Notes under the pieces: model-generated
Told to the model about the DNA's origin: nothing
Database searches by the model: none
The model's input: the letters and a program-made list of their open reading frames with translations, nothing else
NCBI GenBank assembly: GCA_012295275.1
Contig: CM022673.1
Coordinates: forward strand, 13,826,001-13,890,000
DNA from: Chrysomallon squamiferum
Lineage: Eukaryota; Animalia; Mollusca
Direction of reading: 5' to 3'
Length of the DNA: 64,000 bases
Shown here: positions 52,159 to 64,000 of the stretch, in pieces
Numbering within the stretch: the stretch's first letter is position 1
Layout: every line of letters begins with the position of its first letter
Translations under genes and position numbers: made by a program

Positions 52159-52379
52159 TTTTTGTTTGTCTATTCATGAGAGTGTGCTTGAATTTTATTA
52201 GTTTCTCTCCTTTTATATGTATGTGTTTGTGTATGAGTGAGCGCATGCGCGTTTTATATGTAAGTACGCGTATGAGTGTGTGTGTATATATATATATATA
52301 TGCATACATGTTTGTATGTGGGTACAAGTACCTTCACATGTGTGTATATGTACGTACGTATATATGTATGTATTAAGTC

Positions 52380-52427
<48 letters not shown>

Positions 52428-53285
52428 CGTAATAATGAGCGTGTGTTCGTACGTAAGTAACTAAAATATGTGTGTGTATATATGCATGCAGGTATTAATG
52501 TAAGTGTGTCTATGTATCAGTACATGTGTAGATGATAGAGATACACGCTCTAACACACGATGAAACGTACTCTGTTACTATCAGACACTCCAAGCACGTA
52601 CATGTAAGTTGTATGTGACAATGGTAAATGTGTGTTAACAATAATTTACAGTGTAGTAATAACACCTGTTAATTGTTGTTTACAGTACACCACCTGTTAA
52701 TTGTTGTTTACAATACGACACCTGTTGTTAAAGTAATTAACTCATGTATATTATAGAGAACATGTTTTTCTTCCCTTATCTTCTCATTACTCAGTAAAAT
52801 AAAAAATATAACAGCAACTACAACAGCTATTACACCTACAGCTACAGCAACTACAACACAATAACGACAGCAACAATAACAACCACAGCAGCCATAAAAA
52901 CGACAACAAATACAAAAAAATAAACATACAATAATATAAATAAACAAACAAATGAAAGAATGAATGAAAAAATAAAATACAAAAAAAATAAATAAATAAG
53001 TAAATATATAAATAAAAGGAAATAAAAACTATCACATCCTCAAAACATTTTCTTGGCAAGCTATACAGACAACTAATGAAAAAAAAAAAAAAACAACAAC
53101 AACAAACGACTGAATGAAAGCACAATCAAATGAAAGAAAGAAGGAACGAATACTTATTTAAGAAGACTACAAAACGCTGGCCTACAATACAGGATATATA
53201 AATAAGATATGCCCTGCTCTAAAGAAATAACTTTATTGACTAAAAATAAAAACAAAATAAAATAAAATAAATAAATAAATAATTA

Positions 53286-53330
<45 letters not shown>

Positions 53331-53888
53331 TAAATAATAATAATAATAATAACTGAATTAGAATCAGTTACATAGTCTTTGGTTATGACGTATAATTATC
53401 ATATGTCATGGAAGACAGTAGACTGGTTCTATAACTAATACACTGAAAGCCACACAGACTAAATGGGACATTCAGCCAGTAATCCAGATTTCCTAACGAT
53501 AAGTCCAGATAATCATATTCGAATCGTATGAGGATCAAAACCATCGATATCGCTTTATAAATTACTGGACAGCGTCCAGTGGTCGCGTGTCAGATTAATT
53601 TTCTGCGCTGGAAGGTCCGCGGTTCATTTGTACATTGCATTGCCAGAACGATTGGATCCCGGCTGATTGCCGTGTGCAAAGGTCACGGAACGAAATGACG
53701 GATGAGTTATTAATTATTCCGAGTGTCCTCTTTTTCCGCTATCCGAATCCGTATCATCGCTCTCCGAGGAATCATGATAGTCAACGAGAAATTTCAGTTA
53801 ATGGAAAGCGAATTAACAAGATAACTATGCGTGCAAGACGCAGAGACGGCTAAATGGCAGAGTGACAGCTTTGTGGTTAGAGAGAGAG

Positions 53889-53932
<44 letters not shown>

Positions 53933-54085
53933 TATGTGCGTGAGAGAGAAGCTTGTGGTTATAACGAGATAACCCGCGCGTGTGTGTATGTACCTGAATG
54001 TATGCGTCTGTGTATTTGTACGTATGTATGAATCTGAGTGTTTATGTGTATATTTGTATATATTATTTGTATATATGTATGTATG

Positions 54086-54132
<47 letters not shown>

Positions 54133-54258
54133 TTATATACCCATACAACCAAACACACACACAAACACACACACATATATATATATATACAAAATCAGGA
54201 TCCACAATCTACGGAAAGGAAATTGCTTGCACTCATCATTGAAGGTATCGAGAATAAG

Positions 54259-54299
54259 GATCCACTAATCCACTGATCCACTGATCCACTGATCCACTG
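54259..54299. repeat. 8-bp tandem repeat (GATCCACT)x5
   Basis: GATCCACTAATCCACTGATCCACTGATCCACTGATCCACTG read directly. Confidence 0.8.
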
Positions 54300-54655
54300 C
54301 GGGTTGACTGACTTCTGGACCAAATAATTGTAAAGTTGTATGAATTCTATATGCCTGTGTGTGAATACATATATATGTATATAGATATATATGTATGTGT
54401 ATATATATGTGTGTATTTGTACATACACACACAAGAATACATCATTATTTTATATATTTTTAATGTTTATAAATTTCGGATTGCATTTATATTTAATAAC
54501 GATTCATATTTCATTCTTTTATAAACCATATTTATATGCAGTATCATATTAATTAGAAAACATACATAATATTATGTACATATTAAATTATAAAAAGTAA
54601 TAGAAAATGCTATTGATAGGTTTATATATATATTTTTTATTATTATTATTTATGC

Positions 54656-54697
<42 letters not shown>

Positions 54698-54850
54698 TGT
54701 TGTTGTTATTATTATTATTATTATTTTCACTTTAAAAAAAAAATTCTTCTAATTTGCTAATAGCACAGATGAATAGTATAACAACAGTTATGCTAGTTTT
54801 CATAAACAGTATCAGTATCACCACCCCAACAGCAACAGCAACACCACCAC

Positions 54851-54929
<79 letters not shown>

Positions 54930-55300
54930 TAGTCACTGTATTTAATAATGTAATTAGCAATGATAAGAAGATTCTTGTTTTTTGTTTTCAGATATAAGAT
55001 ATAAAACATTTCTCTCTTCAGTGGTCAGATAAGTCAACTAACGTCCGACTCCGGAAACCAACGAAGAGTAAGAGGTCAAAGGTCATAGACAGTTTTGTAA
55101 CTGACCTACCATCTCACTAACACATTAACACACTACTTGAAAATTCAAACAATATGATCTATCCAGCTTAGCAGGGTGACGTGTCATATGCAGAATATGA
55201 ATGTAATTTTTCATGACAGATGAAAAATATAAATAATTTCTGTTACATAACTGGTTATAAATATATGCAGAGAGTTTAATGCCAGCATCATTCGACAAGT

Positions 55301-55372
55301 GCAGTGTGTAGTTATAGTGACAGAGTGCTCACTTCAGAACAGAGAGGTTGCAGGATCGATCCTCTCCATCAC
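55301..55372 (+). mobile_element. Degenerate tRNA-derived SINE head
   Basis: A-box-like TAGTTATAGTGA and B-box-like GGATCGATCC at tRNA spacing (GTGTAGTTATAGTGACAGAGTGCTCACTTCAGAACAGAGAGGTTGCAGGATCGATCCTC). I could not fold a full cloverleaf. Confidence 0.55.
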
Positions 55373-56256
55373 AGAGCGATTAACTTTCCGTCTGCAGTCG
55401 AGAAGGATTAAAATATCGAAACAAACAGGTCGCGTAAAACCTGTCTACAAAAAACTTGTTAGCTATATGAGGTGTAATTATATGATAATCAGTCGTAAAA
55501 TGGAGATATATAATTATAAACATGACAATACTGGACATTATTTCCAACCAAACCGTATTTGTATTCGATTATAAAGCATTCGCGATTAAACAAAATAAAA
55601 ACAACAGCAGCAACAACAACAACAACAACTACTACTACTACTAAAACATTACATTATCTACGATAGCCTCTAATTAGACGTATTTATTGATATAATTAAA
55701 AATAACATTGTTACTCGACGTTTTAAATTTAAAAAATAAAAAATGAATCTAACAGTTTTACAAGCTGATCACTTTTCTAAATATAACTACGTTTCTTCAG
55801 TTTCAGCAAAAGGAGACGAGAAAAGGAAACACAAAGATACTAGTATAAATTTCAAATCGTATTTTATTTCATCCCTTCTTAGTTCTCAGGTGTCAAATTT
55901 CTGGTTCAGATGATGTTAAAATACATTTTTAAGTTTTCGAATAAAGGGAAAGAACTGATAATGATATTGATATTTGCGTTATGGAGTTATCGTCCTTACA
56001 ATTTTTCGATAATAAGATGGAACCTATATTTGTTTACTTATTTTCTTATTTGTTTCTTTGTTTGCTCGCTTGCTTGCTAATATAAAAAAAAAAAAAAAAA
56101 AAAAATTAAAACTGTAAACTATTTGAGGTTTTTCTTTATAAAATTAATTCTGAATTAAACTTATCAGGCTTTAAAACTGACATAGCTTCATAAAATAAAT
56201 GTAGGAAATATGGTGGCCATTCTACTGCAAAAACAAAACACCTTTCATTTTTTTCT

Positions 56257-56289
<33 letters not shown>

Positions 56290-56608
56290 TTCTTCTTCTT
56301 CTTCTTCTTTCAATATTTAATTTCTTCTTTGTTTCTTTCTTTTTTGGTTTGTTTATTTTTGCTTTTTGTTTTTATCAATTGACTGGTTTCACATGATCGA
56401 AGTAACTCAATCTTTTCTAGGTACCCTCCTAGAAACAAGAAAACACATACCATGGTTTTTAATAAACGAGTCACGTGACATGAGTTGGTACATTTCGTGT
56501 CTTAATAACCATAACCTTTCTATATTTTTTCTCTTTTAATTCAAAATGTAACAGAAATTTAATATATTATAATTAAATACATTAAATTACTTAAGTTAAA
56601 TAAAATTC

Positions 56609-56676
<68 letters not shown>

Positions 56677-57769
56677 TATAATGAGCTTGTTCAAGTATAT
56701 TATGTACACAACAATTTTAATGATTATTATCAAAGACATACGGAGAAACAGTATCTTCGCTTTATCACAAACAAACTTGTTCAAGATATCAGCCTAGGAT
56801 CAAAGTTTTTAGTCGGCAACAAAGATTGCGATATGACGTCTAATCCGTACCACCGTGTGTCTGGCTGCGTTGTCGTAGCTGTACTTTCACTTTCCAGAAT
56901 AGCGAGATGAATAAATACAAATATTTCTTTTTCATAAAACGTTTTAAGATTAGCAGTAATGTCATTCACTAGTCTTGTCAAAACATCCATGGAGCTCTGA
57001 AATAACTGTTTTAATTAATTAATTAATTAATTTATTTTTATTTATTTATTTATTTCCTTTTTTAACTATTTTTATATTATTTTATATAACTGATTATTTG
57101 AAGGCATGATAAACTAATACGCTGTAGGTCACAAGATCAATTCTTTTCAGTTGTCTTACTGTTTTGAAGAGTTTTTCTTACTAATTTATTTAAATGATAT
57201 GTCTTATATTTCGGTGAAATTATAAGAAAAAAATTAAGTATGTTAGACTATAATGCAGAATTAAACTAAGACTAAGAGAGGCAAAGTAACTAAAAATTAA
57301 TTGAATGAATGAATGAAAGAATAAACAGATTTTTCTATCCAAGAATTAGCTCTGTGATTACTGTCCTTTGTCCACACTTTTTCTGTCATTCTTAGAATGA
57401 ATAGATTCTGTGAAGTCAACTAAATAACGTATGCCAGTTTCATTGTCTGCGCATGTTTGTTTCTTTGTTGGTGCGTGTGCAGTTTTGTGCGTTTATGTAA
57501 AACGTATGTGTGTGTGTGATATGTGTCTTTACTAATCAATGCGAATGGCAGTGTATACACAAACACACACACATACACACACAGATATATATATATATGT
57601 GTGTGTGTGTGTGCGTGTGTTTGTGTGTGTGATTTAATGTATGCTGCAACAGCAATAGAAACAACAAAGACGATAACAAGAACAACAGCAGCAGCAACAA
57701 CAACAATAATAATAATAATAATAAAATGAATTTATTTTTCTGTCAGTATATATTTCTTACCTATCTTCT

Positions 57770-57804
<35 letters not shown>

Positions 57805-58050
57805 AATAATAAAAACTGAAGTTATTTATCTGTCAGCATATATTTCTTGCCTATCTTCTAGAAAACGTTATCTCCACTCAGCTATCAGTTTGACTTTGAG
57901 CTGATGCTGGCGTGCTGGGATGTACCGCCTCCTTTGATAATGTTTACAAGTAAAAATCAAGACACTAAACTGTTTATCTCATTTCTTTCTCTTTCTTTGT
58001 GAAGATATAACTATATGCAACAATTGTATATGGTGAATTACAAAGAGTAA

Positions 58051-58249
58051 ATGAAAGTAAATTTTGTTTTACTAACACTAGCCGCTGCACTAGCAGGTAA
58101 GTGATTCTTAGTTTAGGTTTAATGAATTCATTGTATAGTAAGTAAGTAAGTAAGTAAATAATTTTTATTTATTTATTTATTTATTATTATTTTTTTTTAT
58201 TATTTAAAAGTAATTATAATGAACGAGAAAATCAAACCAAAACCAATTC

Positions 58250-58320
<71 letters not shown>

Positions 58321-59550
58321 AAGACAATTAAATAAATAAATAGAAATAAAGAAAAGCCATTCAGTCATTACTGTATTAAAGGAAATCGGGGCGCCATGGC
58401 ACGCATGATTTAAAGTGCAATCAAAAATTTACTAATTAAATAAAACTCAGCTTAATGAGCAGATTTTTAGAGTGTTTTTCTAACTACTACCACTACTTCT
58501 ACTCTGAAACTGCTACTACTACTGTTAGTATAAAAACTATTACTATTATTACTACTGATTCTGCATTTCTACTACTACTATGTCTGTTTCTACCATAACT
58601 ACTATTATATATATACTAATACAGCTAATGCTATTTCTGACGCTACTATTACTTCTATTGCTACTGTTACTGCTACTGCTGCAACTACTACTACTACTGC
58701 TGCAGTTGCTGCTATTTGTTACTACTGTTTGATTTTGGTCACACCAGAAATAGTTTCAGAAAAGTATCTTCAGTTTGAGTACACACAAGTCTCAGTTTGT
58801 TATACTGACCCCTGATGTATCCATCTCCTCATCAGAGTTCAGTGGTCACATTTACATATTTCTGTGTCAAAGGTCAATACTCATGCCATTTATTATAATA
58901 ATAATAATAATAATCACATTTAAAGAAATAAATGTGAAATAATAATATAATAATGATAAAATTAGTAATATAATATATTTACATGATAAAATAATATTAC
59001 GAAAAGTAAAAAGAATCAAATAAACAACAGAACCAATCAACACGCCCCCCACCAAAAAAAAAAAAAATTATAAAAAAAAAAATTAATAAATAATAATAAT
59101 AATAATAAAAAAAAAAATAATAATAATAATAAAAAAAAAAATAATAATAATAATAATAAAAGCAAACAAGAACAATATCACAACCTCCCTATTAAAAGCC
59201 CCAAACAAACAAATAACAGAAAAGATAAAAAATTTTTAAATCCCCAGATAACAAAAACAAACCACAAACAAAACAAACAACAACAAACATCAACAAACAA
59301 ACGACAAAACACACACATACACACAAAATCAACAAACAAACGACAAAACACACACATACACACACAAAATCAACTCACAAAACTCTCCGTAAGCATACAC
59401 ACACGCAAACACAAAACAACTACACAACCACTATACAAACGTAATTATACTTTAGCATTTAACATTACAAAACGAATGTTGTTGCTGTTATTGTTCTTGT
59501 TCATAAATCTTTTTCTTTATATTATTATTATGATGATGATGATGATAATG

Positions 59551-59597
<47 letters not shown>

Positions 59598-61377
59598 CAT
59601 TATTATTATTGTTATTATGATTTGCAGCGGTCAGTGCACAAAATCTAGACTGTAATTTTGAAACGGACTTCTGTTCATGGGAACAGGTTCATGGATCAGA
59701 TAATTCGGACTGGATTCGACAGAAAGGACCAACATCAACGTCTGGCACCGGACCATCGTTTGACCACACCACCGGAAGTAAGAAAAATTTGAAATTGGAG
59801 TGTTTGTATACAAATAGGCCTAATTAGTTTACATATTATTTTTGTTCAAATTCATCTTGTCAGAACTATTATAATTATATTACATTTTGTATGAATATAT
59901 CCTCACATACCATAGAGTACGGCCTGGGTGTAAATAAAGTTCGGTTCAGTTCAGTTCAGTTCAGTTATGATTCAGCAGTATTTGTTTTGCACGTCTTTGT
60001 GTTTACACCGTTTTTGATAGTAAATATTAATGATCGTTTCAAAAACATGATTAACTTTCTTTTGGGTTTCGCACAAGAGAAGTTTATGTGGTTCACTCCC
60101 AGCTAACCCAAAACTTTAAAAAATCTGTCTCCCACATAGCCAAAATGATGTTGGGATACCTGGGCCAAATGTTTTGATAGTAAATTGGTATTAAGGGCTG
60201 TTGTACGTTTTTTATATTAAGTGAATATAGCTCAGTAGATAGCAGTACTCTGGTAGTGATGTTAATGAGTGAATAGAAAAGCGCAAAATAACTAGATGGC
60301 ATTGAGTGAACAGATAGTCATGTACAGTTTAAAAGCCAACCAAGACCGAGCTACATCAGTCATCATGGCTAACGCGTATGTGGAAGTCGAATTTATTGAC
60401 AACTACAAAGGGGACACTTCCTTGTACACAGCGATTTTCAGTGCAGTGTAAAAACCCGATATAAAGATACCACTGGTACCATAAACTGAACAATCTAGTG
60501 AAGTCGCCACATCCAAACATATACAAAATGCTCACCACTATAAAGAACGTGCAGGCCAAAAACGAAACAGCAGTTATACAACTTGCAGCCACTGGACGGC
60601 GGAAATATAAGAAAAAGAAGTATCGTGACACTGAAAACAAACTTCAGAATCTGAAACTCCGTTTTCAACAGAGACACATGCCAGTTCAGGACTATGCCAA
60701 TGCAGGTCCATTCTACATTAAGTTTTGAATTGTTTCAATGCACATGTTTGAGAACCTTTTCACGGCTGTTAGTGAGTGAATGAATAAATCATTAGTGCCG
60801 GTGTCGAAACGAAGGTGGGTTTTTTTTTATTACACACGAGAATCGAGCAAACTAGCCATCCCTTTTAGGGACAACGCTGATGTCCAGAGGTATTGATACA
60901 GACTATAACACGAATACAATGGACTGACCAAAGTTAATTCCGTACCACCCAACTCCCACCTAGCCAAAATCCAATGTTGTTGTAGTAGATTGATTTGGTT
61001 AGGTTTTTGGCTAGGTGGGAGGACATGGTTTAAGTTTAATTTTCTTTGAAAAATATACAGTTAAAAAATATATATCTATTTGTTTATTTATTTTTTCTCT
61101 GAAAAATAAACAATTAAAAAAATTGTGTCTTTGTTTATTTATTTTTTCTTTATAATCGGATCGTTTATTTAATACTTGTAAATGATGGTATCCCACGTCA
61201 TTCAGATCTACGATTCTCATACAAAGTTATTTCCCTTGTTCGTATTTAGTAAATTCTTCCTTAGATATTAAGATATACCTCTTCAATAAATAAATTCCTA
61301 TTTTTATTATTAATATTATCTAAAATATTTTGAATATTATTATGCAGTGTTTTTATTACCATTAACTATTAACCTTC

Positions 61378-61413
<36 letters not shown>

Positions 61414-63423
61414 TATTATTGTTGTTATTATGATTATTATTATGATATTTACATAGGTGGAAACTATGCGTACTACGAGTCTTCTGTTGGAGGTGCAAAT
61501 TACAAGGCGCAGCTCATCAGTCAGATTTTAACAATCACGTCTGGAAAGACAAAATGTTTCTCCTTCTGGTACCACATGTACGGCGAACACGTCAACGCTC
61601 TCAACATCTACGAGAAAGTCAGGAACGGGACTCTTCGTCTGGTGTGGACGCGTCACGGTGACCAAGGGAACAACTGGACGGAGGCCCGTATTGACCTGCC
61701 TGCAAGAAACAATTTTCAGGTGAAATATATATATTATAAAATAGTTGTTATAGGTGTAGCCCTCTGTCATCATCTATGGGGTATATACTGACTTACACCA
61801 AAACATTTTTATTCATCTCCTCATAGATCAAAACAATCCCACTTCACATCTTTTTTTTTTTTTTTTTTTTTTTTTTATGGGCGGTGGCCACTGGCGAGGA
61901 CGGGAAATAACATATGGAGGACTCTTTCTACATCATCGCTTTAACAATATTAATATCATTTTAAATACCTAAAACAATAAAATCCACCACTAGCGTAATC
62001 TCGTCAAGATCAACCACACACGTGCATGCCTTTTATAATAACAACATCATCATCATCAACAACAACAGTATTAATTGTTACTACTGTTATTATTGTTATT
62101 ATTGTTATTATTATTGTTGTTGTTCTTTAAATTATTGTTAGTTTATTATAATTATTATCATTATTGTTATTGTTGTAGTTATTATTATTATTATGTTAAT
62201 ACAGGTGGTTATAGAAGCAGTGCGGGGCAGAGGCTGGAAGGGAGATATCGGAATTGATGACATAAAACTGAGAGACGGATCCTGCCCACCCACAGGTGAA
62301 AATATTTGTAATCAATCTGTGTAGAATAAATAAATGTTTGCAAAATGACGTTAGCAAGATCTCAATTAAGAAATATCACTTACGTGAAAAAAATAAAATA
62401 AAATAAAATAATAATAAAAAATAAAAAATAAAAGAAGGAGAAGGAGAAGAAAAAGAAGACGAAGAAGAAAAAAGAATCACTGGTTGAAACAAAAAGTAGG
62501 CCAAGGAGAGCATATAGGTCGACATTGTTATTCTTGAAAGAAAAATAAAGAAAAATAAAGAAATATTTTAATTATATGAACTCAACAATTTGTTTTCATC
62601 TAAGTTATTAATATATGGGCGCTAATCATATGGTTTAAAAACAGAAGAACCGTTAGACAGGAACCTCACCGCCGACAGTTGCTAGCAAAAAGAAATAATA
62701 TATATACACCTTCCTTTTGACAGTAGTGTACATACCTTTGATAAACCAGAGGTGGACTGTTATCTGGTCTAGGAAAAAGCTATAAATATAAAATAAAATA
62801 TGCAGTCATGTCGGTAGTTTTATTAATAGTGATTACTATTTATATTTCTTAATACTGCTTTGAAATATTCATGGATGAATGCATACTGACACATCCATAT
62901 TTTGTATTATGCGTAACAAATGTTTAAAACACAGGTGTTATCATGCCATCCGCTCCACCTGGAGCAAAGACGACACCGGCACCGGTCGCTACGTCATGTG
63001 ACTTTGAAACAGCAGCTATCTGTGGCTATACTCAGGACAAAAACGATTCGTTTGACTGGAGAAGATCGTCTGGAAAGACATCGTCGGTAATGACGGGCCC
63101 CACCAACGACCACACCTATGGGACACCAGCAGGTGGGTGTATATTTAAAAAAAAAAACTAAACTAAAATAATATAAAAAGAAAAAAAAAAATAAAAAAAT
63201 AATAATAATAATAATAAAAATATATATATTAAAACATTTAAAAATAAAACAACAAGAACAATAAAAAAAACCCAAACAATTAAACAACCACAAATAAAAA
63301 AACAACAACAAAAAAATCAAATAAACAAACAGAACAGAACAAAATAAAACAACAAACTTACTAACTCACTATTATTAAGGCATTTTCTAACTGACTGAAG
63401 ATATACAACAGAAAGAATACCAG

Positions 63424-63466
<43 letters not shown>

Positions 63467-63754
63467 GCAAGTCAGTATATATGTATTTATATTCTAGGTC
63501 ACTACATGTTTATCGAGGCATCAGATGCAGCACCGCACGCGAAGGCTCGACTGATTTCACCTGAGATTCCGCGCGGGACGAACTATCGTTGTCTGCAGTT
63601 TTGGTATAGTATGTATGGACGAGATATAGACACTCTGAACGTTTATAGCAAAACCGGGAATACTCTGGGACCAGTATTGTGGACAATTTCTGGAAACCAA
63701 GGAAACGAATGGCAAATAGCCCAAACGACAATACGCCCCGGTCCCGGGTATCAG
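58051..63754 (+). CDS. Secreted MAM-domain repeat protein (MAM and LDL-receptor class A domain-containing-like), 5' part; continues beyond the window
   Basis: Exons: 58051-58096 ([15 protein letters not shown]), 59628-59777 ([10 protein letters not shown]...DWIR...TGPSFDHT), 61457-61719 ([10 protein letters not shown]...GDQGNNW), 62205-62295 (GDIGIDDI...C), 62935-63132 (CDFE...DW...TGPTNDHT), 63498-63754 ([10 protein letters not shown]...GNQGNEW). Phases are consistent; two MAM domains are visible. No LDLa repeat is seen within the window. Confidence 0.93.
60095..61021 (+). mobile_element. Internally deleted MULE element with inverted terminal motifs, in intron 2 of the MAM gene
   Basis: Transposase C-terminal remnant [20 protein letters not shown]...KKKKYRD (about 60475-60728). 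Motif CTCCCAC(C/A)TAGCCAAAA at 60129-60145 and 60953-60969, inverted at 61005-61021; weaker copy at about 60096. Confidence 0.75.
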
Positions 63755-64000
63755 GTAAAAATCAGCATATTAAACGCAAAAGACAAATAAAAAAATAAAA
63801 AATAAAAATAAAAAAATAATAATAATAAAATAATAATAAAAATAAAAAAATAATAATAATAAAAAAAAAAATAAAAAATATAAAATATAAAATTTTATAT
63901 TTGTATTTATATTTTATTTCATTTGGAGGAAATTTTGTTAAAGAAGATAATTACTGTTGCTCTTGACAGGGAAGTTTCTGAATGTAAATAATTATTCAAA

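Noticed and set aside
53565-53640. tRNA-like look (CCAGTGGTC...GGTCCGCGGTTCA)
   Set aside because: No convincing cloverleaf or complete B box; at most a very decayed SINE.
55301-55372. Functional tRNA gene
   Set aside because: Acceptor stem does not pair and the T-loop is GATCG rather than TTCG; treated as a SINE head.

Overview
AT-rich, microsatellite-dense animal genomic DNA with spliceosomal introns; an invertebrate such as a mollusc is a guess from composition and repeat style. Most ORFs in the supplied track are simple-repeat artefacts. By manual splicing I find six protein-coding loci. (1-2) A head-to-head inverted pair of aldo-keto reductase (AKR1-type) genes: the minus copy (<29-4696) has a +1 frameshift as assembled; the plus copy (9039-15001) has 10 exons and 318 aa. 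Their differences are mostly non-synonymous and fall largely in substrate-binding loops. (3) A 3-exon secreted coiled-coil/Ser-Thr-rich protein with an unassigned C-terminal domain (16124-17937, -). (4) An intronless, intact His-Cys box (I-PpoI-like) His-Me finger nuclease ORF (22141-22527, +) near a Kolobok-like non-autonomous element. (5) A complete 22-coding-exon integrin beta gene (27472-38288, -) with non-canonical ADMIDAS/SyMBS ligands and an altered membrane-proximal tail. (6) The 5' part of a secreted MAM-repeat gene (58051->64000, +). Also present: MULE transposase relics, several MITEs, a tRNA-derived SINE head, minisatellites, and CAGGT(A/G) motif clusters in the 20-kb region between the integrin and MAM genes. 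All coordinates and counts were made by eye; no database searches were run.
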